A program made the position numbers and the translations under genes. The notes below the pieces were generated by a model. That model ran no database searches. It saw nothing but the letters and a program-made list of their open reading frames with translations, and had not been told where the DNA came from. From NCBI GenBank assembly GCA_044344255.1, contig JBIJDH010000004.1, positions 192,001 to 256,000 of the forward strand: a stretch of DNA of 64,000 nucleotides, given 5' to 3'. Origin of the DNA: Myxococcota bacterium. Lineage in GTDB: Bacteria; Myxococcota_A; UBA796; UBA2385. Below, piece after piece: positions 25,690 through 35,254 of the stretch. Each line of letters starts with the position of its first letter. Within the stretch, counting starts at the first letter, position 1.

Positions 25690-26976
25690 TTAACCGCGCG
25701 AGGCGGGCCGGAGCCCGTCGGCGAGCCGCCGAACGACGCCGTCGATGAGGGGCCAGGCCGCTGGGGTCGGCCGCAGGTGAGCGCCCGCTCGGTGGAGGAG
25801 GCCCTCCCGCTCCAGGCGCGCGATCACCTGGGGATCGATGGTGTGGCCACATCGCTCCGCCAGCCGGTCGGTGGGCAGACCGTCGATGTGTCGGAAGGTG
25901 GAGAGGAGCAGGTCGGTGGCCGCCTGCTCCAGGCTCGGCGCCTCGACCTCCCCCTCGGGCGCGGCGATCCAGTCCTCGAAGCGCGCGTGCCCGAGGCGGC
26001 GCAGGCCGCTCGGGGTGAAGCCATGCGCCCCGGGGCCGAGGCCCGCGTAGGGACCGCCACGCCAGACCGCTTCGTTGTGGCGGGAGCGGTGGCCCGGCCG
26101 CGCGAAATTGCTCACCTCGTAGCGCTCCCACCCCGCGGCCCCGAGGCGGTCTCCGATCTCATCGAAGGCGCTCCGCCAGCGATCCTCGTCGACGGGCACG
26201 AGGCGCCCCTCGTCGCGGGCCCGGGTGAAGGGCGTGCCCTCCTCGAAGCTGAGCCCGTAGATGGAGACGTGAGGCGGGGCGAGCTCGATCACCGCGTCGA
26301 GGTCGGCGGTCACCTCGGCCTCTGTCTGACCCGGCACCGAGAAGATCAGGTCGAAGGACCAGCTCTCGAAGCCGGCCTCGGCGACGAGCTGGAGCAGCTC
26401 CCGTGACTGTTCGACGGTGTGTCCGCGGTTGAGCAGCCGGGCCATGCGGGGCTGAAAGGTCTGGATGCCCACGGAGAGGCGGTTCACCCCGGCAGCCTTG
26501 AAGTCCTGCAGCCGCGAGCGGGTGATCGTGCCCGGGTTGGTCTCCAGCGTCACCTCCGCCCCGCGCGCGAGGGGGAGGCGGTCGATCAGGGTTCGGACGG
26601 CCTCGGGCGGGGCGAGGCTGGGCGTGCCTCCGCCGAAGTAGAGGCTGTGCGCCTCGCCGTCGAAGCTCGCGCGCTCCAGCCGCCACTGAGCGAGGATGCC
26701 CTCGACCCAGCGCCCGTAGGGGGGCGCCGCCTCGACGTAGGTGTTGAAGGCGCAGTAGGGGCAGCGGGTCGAGCACCACGGGACATGGACGTAGATCCCG
26801 AACGCTGCGGGCTTTGCCTCCGGGAGGTCCCCGGCGGTCGCCCGCGCGGTGGCGCTGGAGGTGGAGTCGGAGGTCGAGTCGAAGGTCGAGTCGGAATTCG
26901 ACGGGGGAGCGGGGGGCATCGGGGCGGCTCCGGGGCGCAAGGCGAAGGCGGGAGCGACGGGCCGGGCAGGCTCCAC
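25690..26976 (-). CDS. hemW: Radical SAM heme chaperone HemW (HemN-like)
   Basis: IYVHVPWCSTRCPYCAFN, YFGGGTPS, NRLSVGIQTF, YEVSNFA, HN...W, GLGPGAHG. Start is uncertain (ATG 26919 is an alternative). Confidence 0.9.
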   Translation of the reverse strand: MEPARPVAPAFALRPGAAPMPPAPPSNSDSTFDSTSDSTSSATARATAGDLPEAKPAAFGIYVHVPWCSTRCPYCAFNTYVEAAPPYGRWVEGILAQWRLERASFDGEAHSLYFGGGTPSLAPPEAVRTLIDRLPLARGAEVTLETNPGTITRSRLQDFKAAGVNRLSVGIQTFQPRMARLLNRGHTVEQSRELLQLVAEAGFESWSFDLIFSVPGQTEAEVTADLDAVIELAPPHVSIYGLSFEEGTPFTRARDEGRLVPVDEDRWRSAFDEIGDRLGAAGWERYEVSNFARPGHRSRHNEAVWRGGPYAGLGPGAHGFTPSGLRRLGHARFEDWIAAPEGEVEAPSLEQAATDLLLSTFRHIDGLPTDRLAERCGHTIDPQVIARLEREGLLHRAGAHLRPTPAAWPLIDGVVRRLADGLRPASRG

Positions 26977-27035
26977 CCTGTCTCCACCCGGTCTGCACCC
27001 TGTCCGCGGACAGGTTCCGGGCTAACCCCTCGGCC

Positions 27036-29630
27036 ATGCTGTACGTCGAGACCCTCCCTGGGGGGGCCACCCTCCTCATCGATCCCACGGGCCCCGTGCC
27101 CGTGGCTGCCTGTTACCTCTGGTTCAACGTGGGCTCTGCCTGGGAGGGGCCCGGTCTAGAGGGCGCGGCCCACCTCCTCGAGCACATGCTGTTCAAGGGG
27201 ACAGGGGAGCTCGGTCCTGGCGAGATCACCGCCCGCTTGGAGGCGGTGGGAGGAGATTTGAACGCCTGGACCTCGGTGGAGGAGACCGTCTTCCACTGCA
27301 CGATCCCGTCGGCTCAGGTGCTGCTCGCCCTCGACACCCTGGTGGGCATGGGCCTCAACCCCCGCCTCGACGGTCGCGAGCTCCGCCGGGAGAAGGGCGT
27401 GGTGGTCGAGGAGATTCGAGGCGCGAAGGACGATCCGGGCGGCCAGCTCACCGACGCCCTCCGCGCGCGAGCCTGGGGGCAGCACCCCTATGGGCGGCCC
27501 ATCCTCGGCACCGAGGCGAGCGTCAAGGGCATCCGGCGAGAGGCCCTCGTCGCCTTCCACCAGGCCCACTACATCGCGTCCAACGCGGTGCTCGTGGTCA
27601 CCGGACCGGTCGATCAGGCCGCCGTCATCGCCTTCGCGCGCGAGCGGCTCTCTGGGGGCCCGGTCGCGCCGCCGCGCCCGGTGCGCCCGGCGCGCCCAGA
27701 GGTGGTCGAGGACCCCATCCTCCACCTCGACCCTGGCTTCGACGAGCGCATCGTCGAGGTGCTCTTCCCCATCCCCGACCTCGGCCACGACGAGATCGCC
27801 GCCCTCGACCTCCTCGCCTCGGGGCTCTCCGACGGCGCCGCGGCGATCCTCCCAGCGGTGCTTCGGCACGAGCGCGACCTCGTGCACTCCACCTGGGCGG
27901 AGCTCGAGGTCGAGGTCGACGGCGGCCTCCTGGCCGTCGGGGCTACGGCCCGGGACGGTAAGCTCGAAGAGACGGTCGAGGTGCTGTTCGCCAGCCTCGC
28001 GCGTGTGGCCCGCGAGGGGCTGCCCGCCGCCGCCCTCCGGCGAGCTCGGACCAGCATCCTCGGCGACCGGGTCCGCGAGACCGAGACGGTGGACGGCCGG
28101 GCCCACCGGCTCGCCTGGTATCAGGTCTGGTTCAAGGACCCGCGCGCCGACGCGCGGTACGACGCCGCCATCCAGCGCACCACCGCCGAGGCCGTCCGCG
28201 CGGCGGCCGCTCGTTACCTGGATCGGAGCCGGGCGGTGCTGGGCGCGCTGTCCCCCAAGGCCGAGCTCGATCAGGAGCGCCTCGCCCGCGCCGCCGATCG
28301 CGGCTGGAGCACCCCCTCGGCGCCGCTGGTCGCCCGCGCTGGCCTGTTCCGGCGGCGCCTCTCCTGTGGGGCGACGGTCGTATGTGAGCCAGACGAGCGC
28401 GGCGATCTCGCCAGCGTCTCGGTGGTGGGCATCGGCGGAGGCCTGGTCGAGGGGAGCGGCAACGCCGGCCTGTCCGGGGCCTGGTCCGCCCTGCTCTCCC
28501 GCGGGGCCGGCGATCTGGACGCCATGAGCTTCGCCGCCGCGGTGGAGGACCGTTCGGGCTCCCTGCGCCCCTGGGCAGGGCGGAACAGCGCAGGGATCCA
28601 GATCGTGTTCCCGTCCGGTGACGTTCAGCTCGGCGTCGAGCTGCTCGCGGAGGCCCTCCTCTCGCCTCGCTTCGACCCGCTCGAGGTGGAGCGCACCCGG
28701 GCCGACCTGGTCGCCGGGCAGCGAGCCACGCGCGACGATCCCTCCGCCCTCGCTTGGGATCTGGCCTTCTCCGCGCTGTATCCGGGCCACCCCTGGGGCC
28801 ACCCCGGTTCGGGCACCGCCGCCAGCGCAGCGCGCCTCAGCCCGGCGAGGCTCCGAGCCTTTCACCGTCGGGTGGTGCAGGGAGAGAACCTCGTCTTTGG
28901 GCTCGCCGGTGGGGTTGATCCCGAGGAGCTATGTCGCCGCCTCGAGCATCTCCTCCGAGGCTTGGCACCGGGCGCCGCCCAGGTGGCGCGTCCGCCAACG
29001 CCCCCCGCCCGCTTCCAGCGTCGCCGCAGCGCCACCGTGCCCCGCGCCGAGGCGGTCGCCCAAGTGCTGGTGGCCTTCCCGTCGGTGGGGGTCGAGCACC
29101 CCGATGAGCCCGTGCTCTCTGTGCTGAGCGCGCTCCTCGGGGGCGCTGTGGGCGGCGGTGGGCGGCTCTTTGATCGCATCCGCGAGAAGCACGGGCTGGC
29201 CTACGACGTCTCCGCCCACCCCGAGCGCGGCCTCGGGGGCGGCGCCCTCGTCTTCTCGGTGATCACCGACCCGGACCGCGTCGAGGAGGCGAAGCGGGCC
29301 CTGTGGGTCGAGCTCGATCGGGTCGTGGCCGAGCCGGTCGCGCCAGCCGAGCTCGAGCGGGTGAAGGCCGGCCTCGTCGAGGGGGCCGTGCTCGGCCTCC
29401 AGCGTGCCGCCTCCCGCGCCGACCACGTCGCCACCGCCGAACGGTACGGGGGCGGCGCCGACCGTTGGCGGGAGCGGCTGCTCGCCCCTCGTGCCGTCAC
29501 CGCGTCGCAGCTGCAGGCCTTCGCCGCCGAGACGCTGCGGCGCGATCGGTGTGTCCGGGTCGAGACGGGGCCCGATCGCAGCGCGAAGGTCCGGCCAAAG
29601 GGCAAGCGGCGCAGCCCAGCGCCCCGCTGA
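27036..29630 (+). CDS. M16 family zinc peptidase (two-module pitrilysin-like)
   Basis: HLLEHMLFKG (HxxEH), NAWTS, HPYGRPILGT; second module lacks HxxEH and has GRLFDRIREKHGLAY. Confidence 0.93.
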   Translation: MLYVETLPGGATLLIDPTGPVPVAACYLWFNVGSAWEGPGLEGAAHLLEHMLFKGTGELGPGEITARLEAVGGDLNAWTSVEETVFHCTIPSAQVLLALDTLVGMGLNPRLDGRELRREKGVVVEEIRGAKDDPGGQLTDALRARAWGQHPYGRPILGTEASVKGIRREALVAFHQAHYIASNAVLVVTGPVDQAAVIAFARERLSGGPVAPPRPVRPARPEVVEDPILHLDPGFDERIVEVLFPIPDLGHDEIAALDLLASGLSDGAAAILPAVLRHERDLVHSTWAELEVEVDGGLLAVGATARDGKLEETVEVLFASLARVAREGLPAAALRRARTSILGDRVRETETVDGRAHRLAWYQVWFKDPRADARYDAAIQRTTAEAVRAAAARYLDRSRAVLGALSPKAELDQERLARAADRGWSTPSAPLVARAGLFRRRLSCGATVVCEPDERGDLASVSVVGIGGGLVEGSGNAGLSGAWSALLSRGAGDLDAMSFAAAVEDRSGSLRPWAGRNSAGIQIVFPSGDVQLGVELLAEALLSPRFDPLEVERTRADLVAGQRATRDDPSALAWDLAFSALYPGHPWGHPGSGTAASAARLSPARLRAFHRRVVQGENLVFGLAGGVDPEELCRRLEHLLRGLAPGAAQVARPPTPPARFQRRRSATVPRAEAVAQVLVAFPSVGVEHPDEPVLSVLSALLGGAVGGGGRLFDRIREKHGLAYDVSAHPERGLGGGALVFSVITDPDRVEEAKRALWVELDRVVAEPVAPAELERVKAGLVEGAVLGLQRAASRADHVATAERYGGGADRWRERLLAPRAVTASQLQAFAAETLRRDRCVRVETGPDRSAKVRPKGKRRSPAPR

Positions 29631-29691
29631 GCGACGGGCGGCCCTCGGCAGGGCCGTGGCGGAGCGCCCGAAAAGGTGAGAAGCTCAAACG

Positions 29692-30786
29692 ATGTCCGAC
29701 GAACCGACCGCCCTCGAGCTCTTGAAGAAGAAGAAGGTCCCGACCCGCCGGTCGCTCGGGGACGGGCTGGTGGGCAAGGTCGGAGCGCGGGGCTGGCAGC
29801 GGCCGAACGTGGCGGTCAGTGACCGCCTGTTCAAGCATTATCATGTGGTCGATCCCTGGGATCCCGAAGGGAAGCAGGAGAAGGACCCCATCGGCCTCGG
29901 CGACAGCGCGCTCCGGATGGGCGAGCCCAAGCGGGAGGTCGCCCCGCACCTCAAGCCCCCGGAGGTCGGCGGAGGGGCGCTCGGCCCCGGCAAGGCGGCG
30001 GCCAGCCCGGGCGGCAAGCCGTCCGAGGTCGATCCGCTGGCCAAGTGGCGCCGTCCTGCGGTCAAGCCGACCGGCGAGGAGGCGGCGCCCACCCACAAGC
30101 CCGCCGCGGCGCCAGCCGGGGAGGCCGGGGCCCGCCCGCCCTTGCCCACTCCGATCCCGGGTGCGCCGAAGGAGCGGAAGCTCACACCGGGGCTCTTCGA
30201 CGGCTCGAAGAAGCCGGGAGCCAGTGGAGAGTTCGGCGGCAGCAAGGACCGCCCCGCCCTCAAGGGGCCGCTGCCGATGCGCCCCGACGCTCCGCCGGGG
30301 AAGGCCCCGCCGCAGGCCCCGGGGGGCGCTGCGGGGGGAGGCTCGGCCCGGCCCGCGTCGGCGGCCCCCGCCAAGGCGCCGCCGGCCCCCGCCCGCGCGG
30401 TCGGCGCCCCGAACCCGGCCGCTGCCCTGCCCCGCCCGCCGATCGCCCGCCCGGCGGGCGTTGGGGGAGGCGCCAGCGGGGGGCGCGCCGCCGGGCCTGC
30501 GTCGGGGGCCAACACCGGCAGCGGTCGCTTCGGGGCCCGCAATCAAGTGCGGAGCCTGAGCGTCGAGGACGTAGAGCCAGAGATCCGCGAGGTCACGCTC
30601 GCGCCCGTCGGGACCTCGCCCCCTCCGATGAGCGAGTCCGCGTCGGAGGCGCCGGCGCCTGCCAAGGTCGAGCCCGCCAAGGTCATCGATCGGCGGATCC
30701 CCACCGGCCCCATCGGCCTCGACGACATCTTTGGCGGGAGCTCCGAGGGCCGTATCCGGCGCCCCAAGAAGGGGGAGGGGAAGTGA
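29692..30786 (+). CDS. Hypothetical Pro/Ala/Gly/Lys-rich, largely disordered protein
   Basis: Genome-typical codon usage in this frame; fills the gap between + strand genes; no recognisable domain. Confidence 0.7.
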   Translation: MSDEPTALELLKKKKVPTRRSLGDGLVGKVGARGWQRPNVAVSDRLFKHYHVVDPWDPEGKQEKDPIGLGDSALRMGEPKREVAPHLKPPEVGGGALGPGKAAASPGGKPSEVDPLAKWRRPAVKPTGEEAAPTHKPAAAPAGEAGARPPLPTPIPGAPKERKLTPGLFDGSKKPGASGEFGGSKDRPALKGPLPMRPDAPPGKAPPQAPGGAAGGGSARPASAAPAKAPPAPARAVGAPNPAAALPRPPIARPAGVGGGASGGRAAGPASGANTGSGRFGARNQVRSLSVEDVEPEIREVTLAPVGTSPPPMSESASEAPAPAKVEPAKVIDRRIPTGPIGLDDIFGGSSEGRIRRPKKGEGK

Positions 30787-30861
30787 AGCCGTGGTGAAAT
30801 TCGCCCGCGGAGAGCGGAGGTCGAAGGAGTCGGCTACAATGTGCAGATGGAAGGAGTCCTC

Positions 30862-31620
30862 ATGAAGATCCTGACTGCGGTGCGGTCCCCCTCCTCGGCC
30901 TCACGCTTCGCCGCGGTCGGCCTGCTGCTGGTGGCGTGCGGCACCGCGAAGGTGGACATCCAGCTCGGTGACGAGATGGACAGTGATGAAGATGGGCTGT
31001 CCGACGCGGGTGAGATCGACGAGGGCACCGACCCGACCTCCGATGACTCGGACGGCGACACCTGGAGCGACGGCGAAGAGTTCGAGCAGGGCACCGACCC
31101 CCTGAGCGAGCTCGATCACCCGTACACGGGCGGCTGGAAGATCGACAAGGAGTGTCGAAACATGGCGCCCGACACCACGGGGGCCAATGAGGGCGACATC
31201 GCGGCCAACTTCACGTTGGTCGACCAGTACGGTGACAATGTTCGCCTCTATGATTTCTGCAACCACGCGGTGTTGTTGATATCGGCCGCCTTCTGGTGAG
31301 GCAGCTGCGTCTCTGAGGCTCAGGGACTCGAAGAAGAATACCAGGCTCGTAAAGATCGCGGCTTCATCATCCTCAGCATGATCGGGGAAGATCTGACTGG
31401 GGCCGCGCCCACAGCCGAGCAGCTCAAGGTGGACTGGGCTGACAAATACGGCATCACGGCGCCGGTCTTGTCGGACGGTGGCTTCGGCGTCGGGTGGACT
31501 TACATGAGCGGTGGCCTCCCCAGCCAGACGCTCCTCGCTCCTGGCATGGAGATCATCATCAAAGATGGGTACCCCATCTCCGGCGAAGCCATCGACGAAG
31601 TGCTGCCCGTCCCGGAGTGA
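30862..31620 (+). CDS. Probable selenoprotein: thioredoxin-fold (TlpA/redoxin-like) lipoprotein with DxDxDG Ca-binding repeats; TGA 31297-31299 read as Sec (UGSC)
   Basis: AAGGAG RBS and ATG 30862; lipobox LLVAC. The track ORFs 30841-31299 and 31378-31620 are in one frame, separated only by TGA in ...LLISAAFW-TGA-GSCVSEAQGLEEEY...; SECIS-like hairpin follows; Cys paralog at 34341. Confidence 0.85.
31309..31327 (+). promoter_or_regulatory. Putative bacterial SECIS hairpin
   Basis: GUCUCUGA-GGC-UCAGGGAC: 8-bp stem with one G-U pair; apical loop begins with G, 17 nt after the UGA. Confidence 0.7.
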
Positions 31621-31638
31621 CCCCTCAGGAGAGTTCCC

Positions 31639-34230
31639 TTGCGCAGCGTGCTCTTGTGGCTGGCGATGGCGGGCTTCGGCCCGGTCGCCTCTGCCTCGGA
31701 TGGTCTCTTGTTGTTGCCGCCGGGCCCGATCCTCGCCGATGGCGAGACGGTGACCCGCATTCAGGTCTGGGGCCCCATGATCGGCCCCGACTCGAAGGTG
31801 AAGGCGAAGGGCAGCGGACTGAAGGTCGTCGAGATCAGCGCGGCCCCGGGTCTGCTCACGCTCTCGTTGACCGCCTCCGAACAGACGGCCCCGGCGAACG
31901 CGTCCTTGCACGTGTCCGTGAAGGGGGCGGGAGGTGAGGCGGAGGCTGATCTTGGCCTCTCCCTGGTCCCGCCTCCCGATCAGCCGCTCCCCCTCAGCTT
32001 CGAGCCCGCCCTCGCTCGCGCTGGGGTGGACGCCAGCGTGCTGGTGCGGGTCCGTGTCCCGCCCGGACCGCAGGCCGCCGCGAGCCGACGGCTCCTCCTG
32101 ACCGCCTCGGTGGGCACGGTGGACGCCGTCACCCCCTCCGCTGACGGCTCCTTCGTCGCGCGATGGACGCCCCCTCCGAAGCCCGACCGTTCGCGGATCG
32201 TGGTCTTCACGGCGGCCGACGCCGCGGCCCCCGACACCGCCGTGGGGGTGGGGCTCCTGCCGCTCGTGGTCAAACGATCGGTCACCGTCGACGCCCCGGC
32301 GGGCAGCTCCAACCTGCTCGTCCTCGGCGATCGCAGCTACGGTCCGGTCCCGGCGTCCCCGGCGGGCACGGTGGCCTTCGACGTCGAGGTCAACCCCACC
32401 GCGCCGAGCGCGACGCTGCGGAGCACGATCCAGGGCGCGACCACCGACAAGCCGGTCGATCTCGCCTACGGTGAGGCCCCCGCTTGGTCCTTCCTGCCCC
32501 TGCCCGCCGTCGCTCTGGCCGATCCTTCCACCCCCTTTTTGGTCGGGTTGGCGGTCGTCGGGGCCGATGGGGGTCCTTGGAAGGGCTCGCTCCCCAGCCT
32601 CACCGCCAACCAGGGACAGATCGGCCCGGTCACGGCCGGCGAGCTGGCCGGCGTCTACCGCGCGCTCTACACCCCGAGTCCGGCCCCGGGCCCCGTCACC
32701 TTTGCCGCGAAGCTCGACAGCATGGAGCTGAGCCGCACGGTCGCGCTGGCGGCCCGCTTGCCGACGCTCTCGGTCACGACGACGCCCACCTCGCTCGAGC
32801 CGGGTAAGAAGGAGGTGGTGATCACCGCCCTCCTCAAGGACGCCAATGGCACCTCCGTGCCCGGCGCGCCGCCCGACATCCTGGTCGACGGGCTCGAGAA
32901 GGTGGGCAAGCCCATCGACAACAAAGACGGCACCTACCGCCTCAACACCAAGGTGAAGGCCTCGGCCGGGCAAGCCCTCGTGTTGGCCGAGCCGAACATG
33001 AAGGCCTCCGCGGAGGGGCCGGCGCGCCTCGTCGCCTGGACCGCCGACGCCTCCGTGGAGCCCGGCCATGTGGACTACCTCGTGGTGGCCGCGGTGGACC
33101 GCTTCGGGAACCCGATCGCCAACCTTCCGCTGAGCTTCTCGGTGCCGGTGGGGGACGGCAGTCTCAGCCCCTCCGGGAAGACCGACGGCAAGGGCCTCGC
33201 CTGGGTCGCATACACGGCGGGCAGCCGATTGGGGCCGGTGACGCTGCGGGTGCAGGGCGCGGGCCTGCAGGACGAGCTCGCGCTCTTCCAGGGTGCGGCG
33301 CCAGCCGGCCTCCTCCCCCCTGACGCCCTCGAGGCGCGCTGGCGCGCCGCGGTCGGGCTCGCCGTGCTGGACGGCCCGAAGGCTGCCGTGCCGGTGGCGG
33401 TGGCCGCCCCGGCTGGCTCCCCGTCGACCTCCGCGGCCGCGGCGCCGGTCGCGAGCGCGGCGCCGGTCACCTCGGCCGCGCCCGCCGCCGCCGCTGCGGC
33501 GACCTCGACGACGAAGGTCAAGGCGCCCAAGGCCCCGCGCGCCGCCTCGAGCGGCGACAAGGCTCCGACGCGGCTGATGCTCGGGCTCGCGACGATGCCG
33601 CGCACCTTCTCGATGACCGCCGAGGACGCGGCCGGCTCGGTGCCGCCCGAGGCGAGCTACTCCTCGGGTGACCTGTTTGGTGGTGACCCGTTCGGCGGCG
33701 CCGGGATTGACCTCCGGGCCGAGCTCGGCTTTAACGAGACCTGGGTGGCAGATGTCCGCGCGCGGCTGGGCGTCGAGTCGGTCGAGGCGGGCCACGACGA
33801 GCAGTCGATCAAGTCCTGGTCGGGGGCCGTGGGCGCCCGCTATCGGCGGGAGCTGACGGACGGGGTGCATTACTACGGCATCGGCCAGATCCACCGTATC
33901 TCCGCACCCTACTTTCAGTATGGGGACGAGCGGAAGGTGGTCGTGGACGTCCACCAGGCGAGCAAGGTCGGCCTGCGGGCGGGCGGCGGCCTGGAAGCGG
34001 CGATCGGGCCGGTCTTCGCCGAGCTGGAGGCCACCGAGACCTTGGTCCCCTTGCCCGCCGATGCGCACCTCGGACTCCTCCTCGGCGTGGCGGTCCAGAG
34101 CAACATGGCCGTGCACCTCGGGGTCGATCTTGACTGGCTGGCCATCCGCGAGACGGTGGACGAGGTCGACATCAAGCTCAAGTCAAAGGAGCAGGTGCTC
34201 TTCCTCGGCGGGACGCTCGCCTTCGATTGA
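31639..34230 (+). CDS. Secreted/outer-membrane protein with several Ig-like (Big_1/invasin-like) domains and a C-terminal beta-barrel
   Basis: AGGAG RBS and TTG start; signal peptide; repeated DGSFVARWTPP / GVYRALYTP / DGTYRL; VDRFGNPI...TDGKGLA Big_1-like unit; Ala-rich linker; amphipathic strands ending LAFD. Confidence 0.7.
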   Translation: MRSVLLWLAMAGFGPVASASDGLLLLPPGPILADGETVTRIQVWGPMIGPDSKVKAKGSGLKVVEISAAPGLLTLSLTASEQTAPANASLHVSVKGAGGEAEADLGLSLVPPPDQPLPLSFEPALARAGVDASVLVRVRVPPGPQAAASRRLLLTASVGTVDAVTPSADGSFVARWTPPPKPDRSRIVVFTAADAAAPDTAVGVGLLPLVVKRSVTVDAPAGSSNLLVLGDRSYGPVPASPAGTVAFDVEVNPTAPSATLRSTIQGATTDKPVDLAYGEAPAWSFLPLPAVALADPSTPFLVGLAVVGADGGPWKGSLPSLTANQGQIGPVTAGELAGVYRALYTPSPAPGPVTFAAKLDSMELSRTVALAARLPTLSVTTTPTSLEPGKKEVVITALLKDANGTSVPGAPPDILVDGLEKVGKPIDNKDGTYRLNTKVKASAGQALVLAEPNMKASAEGPARLVAWTADASVEPGHVDYLVVAAVDRFGNPIANLPLSFSVPVGDGSLSPSGKTDGKGLAWVAYTAGSRLGPVTLRVQGAGLQDELALFQGAAPAGLLPPDALEARWRAAVGLAVLDGPKAAVPVAVAAPAGSPSTSAAAAPVASAAPVTSAAPAAAAAATSTTKVKAPKAPRAASSGDKAPTRLMLGLATMPRTFSMTAEDAAGSVPPEASYSSGDLFGGDPFGGAGIDLRAELGFNETWVADVRARLGVESVEAGHDEQSIKSWSGAVGARYRRELTDGVHYYGIGQIHRISAPYFQYGDERKVVVDVHQASKVGLRAGGGLEAAIGPVFAELEATETLVPLPADAHLGLLLGVAVQSNMAVHLGVDLDWLAIRETVDEVDIKLKSKEQVLFLGGTLAFD

Positions 34231-34340
34231 CCGGGGCGCCCTCGCCAGACCTGACCTGAAGTTGGCGAGCGCGGAAGATGTCCCGCTGCCGATCGTCAGT
34301 CGCTTTGGCTATACTCTTGCAGTCTTCCACGGAGCCTTCG

Positions 34341-35222
34341 ATGCGCCTTCTCCTCCTCGGCCTCCCCCTGTTCGTTGTCGCTTGCTCAGGCGGCAAGAGC
34401 TCCTCTGACCGTTCGAATGACCAGAGCACGAGCGGCGACGGGGGCGGCGGCGATTCGACCACCGACACCGACGGCGACGGTGTAACGGACAGCGACGAAG
34501 AGGCCGCCGGCACTGACCCTGCTGCCGCTGACTCCGACGCCGACGGGATCATGGATGGGGACGAGCTCGCGGGTGGCACGGATCCCCTCTCCGGTGACTC
34601 CGATGAAGACGGCTACCCCGACGGCGCGGAGGTCGCCGCTGGCTCCGATCCCAACGACGCCTCCAGCCTCCTCTACACCGGCGGCTGGCCTTACAACCCG
34701 AACAAGGACTCCATGACCGCCGGTGACCCGGAGGACATGGCCGCCGTGGACGGTGTGGTGCCGCGCTTCGTGTTCATGGACCAGTATGGCGACATGGTCG
34801 ACATCTATGACTTCGCCCAGCAGGGCAAGCCGATGATCATCGACCTCTCGGGCGTCTGGTGCTACTGGTGTAATGAGGCCGCCAAGCTCATCGAAGGGAG
34901 CCCCAGCGCGCTCGACGGATACGGCTTTGAGGGCATCCACGACGCCATTGTCAACGGTGACGTGTACTGGATCACCATCCTCGACTCCAATCGCTCCGGG
35001 GCCCCGGCCGCCGACGACACCGCCGAGAACTGGTTCAACCTCTACCCCTTTGAGCCCGTGCTGGTGCTGAGCGACGTGAACCAAGAGTCCACCGCCTGGA
35101 TCGCGCCCTCCGGCTACCCCACCATGATGTTCGTCGATGAGAACATGGTCATCACGAACTACAAGAAGGCCGACTACACCAAGGCGATCACCGCGGCGAT
35201 CAACTACTCCGAGTCGCTCTGA
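34341..35222 (+). CDS. Thioredoxin-fold lipoprotein with DxDxDG (bacterial TSP3-like) repeats, WCYWC active site
   Basis: Lipobox VVAC; three DxDxDG..D..E...G.DP repeats; YTGGW; DQYGDMVDIYDF; IIDLSGVWCYWC; SGYPT cis-Pro loop; TATACT -10-like hexamer at 34310-34315. Confidence 0.88.
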   Translation: MRLLLLGLPLFVVACSGGKSSSDRSNDQSTSGDGGGGDSTTDTDGDGVTDSDEEAAGTDPAAADSDADGIMDGDELAGGTDPLSGDSDEDGYPDGAEVAAGSDPNDASSLLYTGGWPYNPNKDSMTAGDPEDMAAVDGVVPRFVFMDQYGDMVDIYDFAQQGKPMIIDLSGVWCYWCNEAAKLIEGSPSALDGYGFEGIHDAIVNGDVYWITILDSNRSGAPAADDTAENWFNLYPFEPVLVLSDVNQESTAWIAPSGYPTMMFVDENMVITNYKKADYTKAITAAINYSESL

Positions 35223-35254
35223 GTCGGCCACCCCGATGACGGGGTGACCCAGGT

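Noticed and set aside
26857..26901. 12-bp repeats encoding DSTS/DSTF in the hemW N-terminus
   Set aside because: Short low-complexity extension with an uncertain start codon; no functional evidence.
30841..31620. Two small genes, or a nonsense pseudogene
   Set aside because: The stop falls exactly on the catalytic Cys column, is followed by a SECIS-like hairpin, and there are no other lesions. Sec read-through explains this better, though it is unproven without sel genes.
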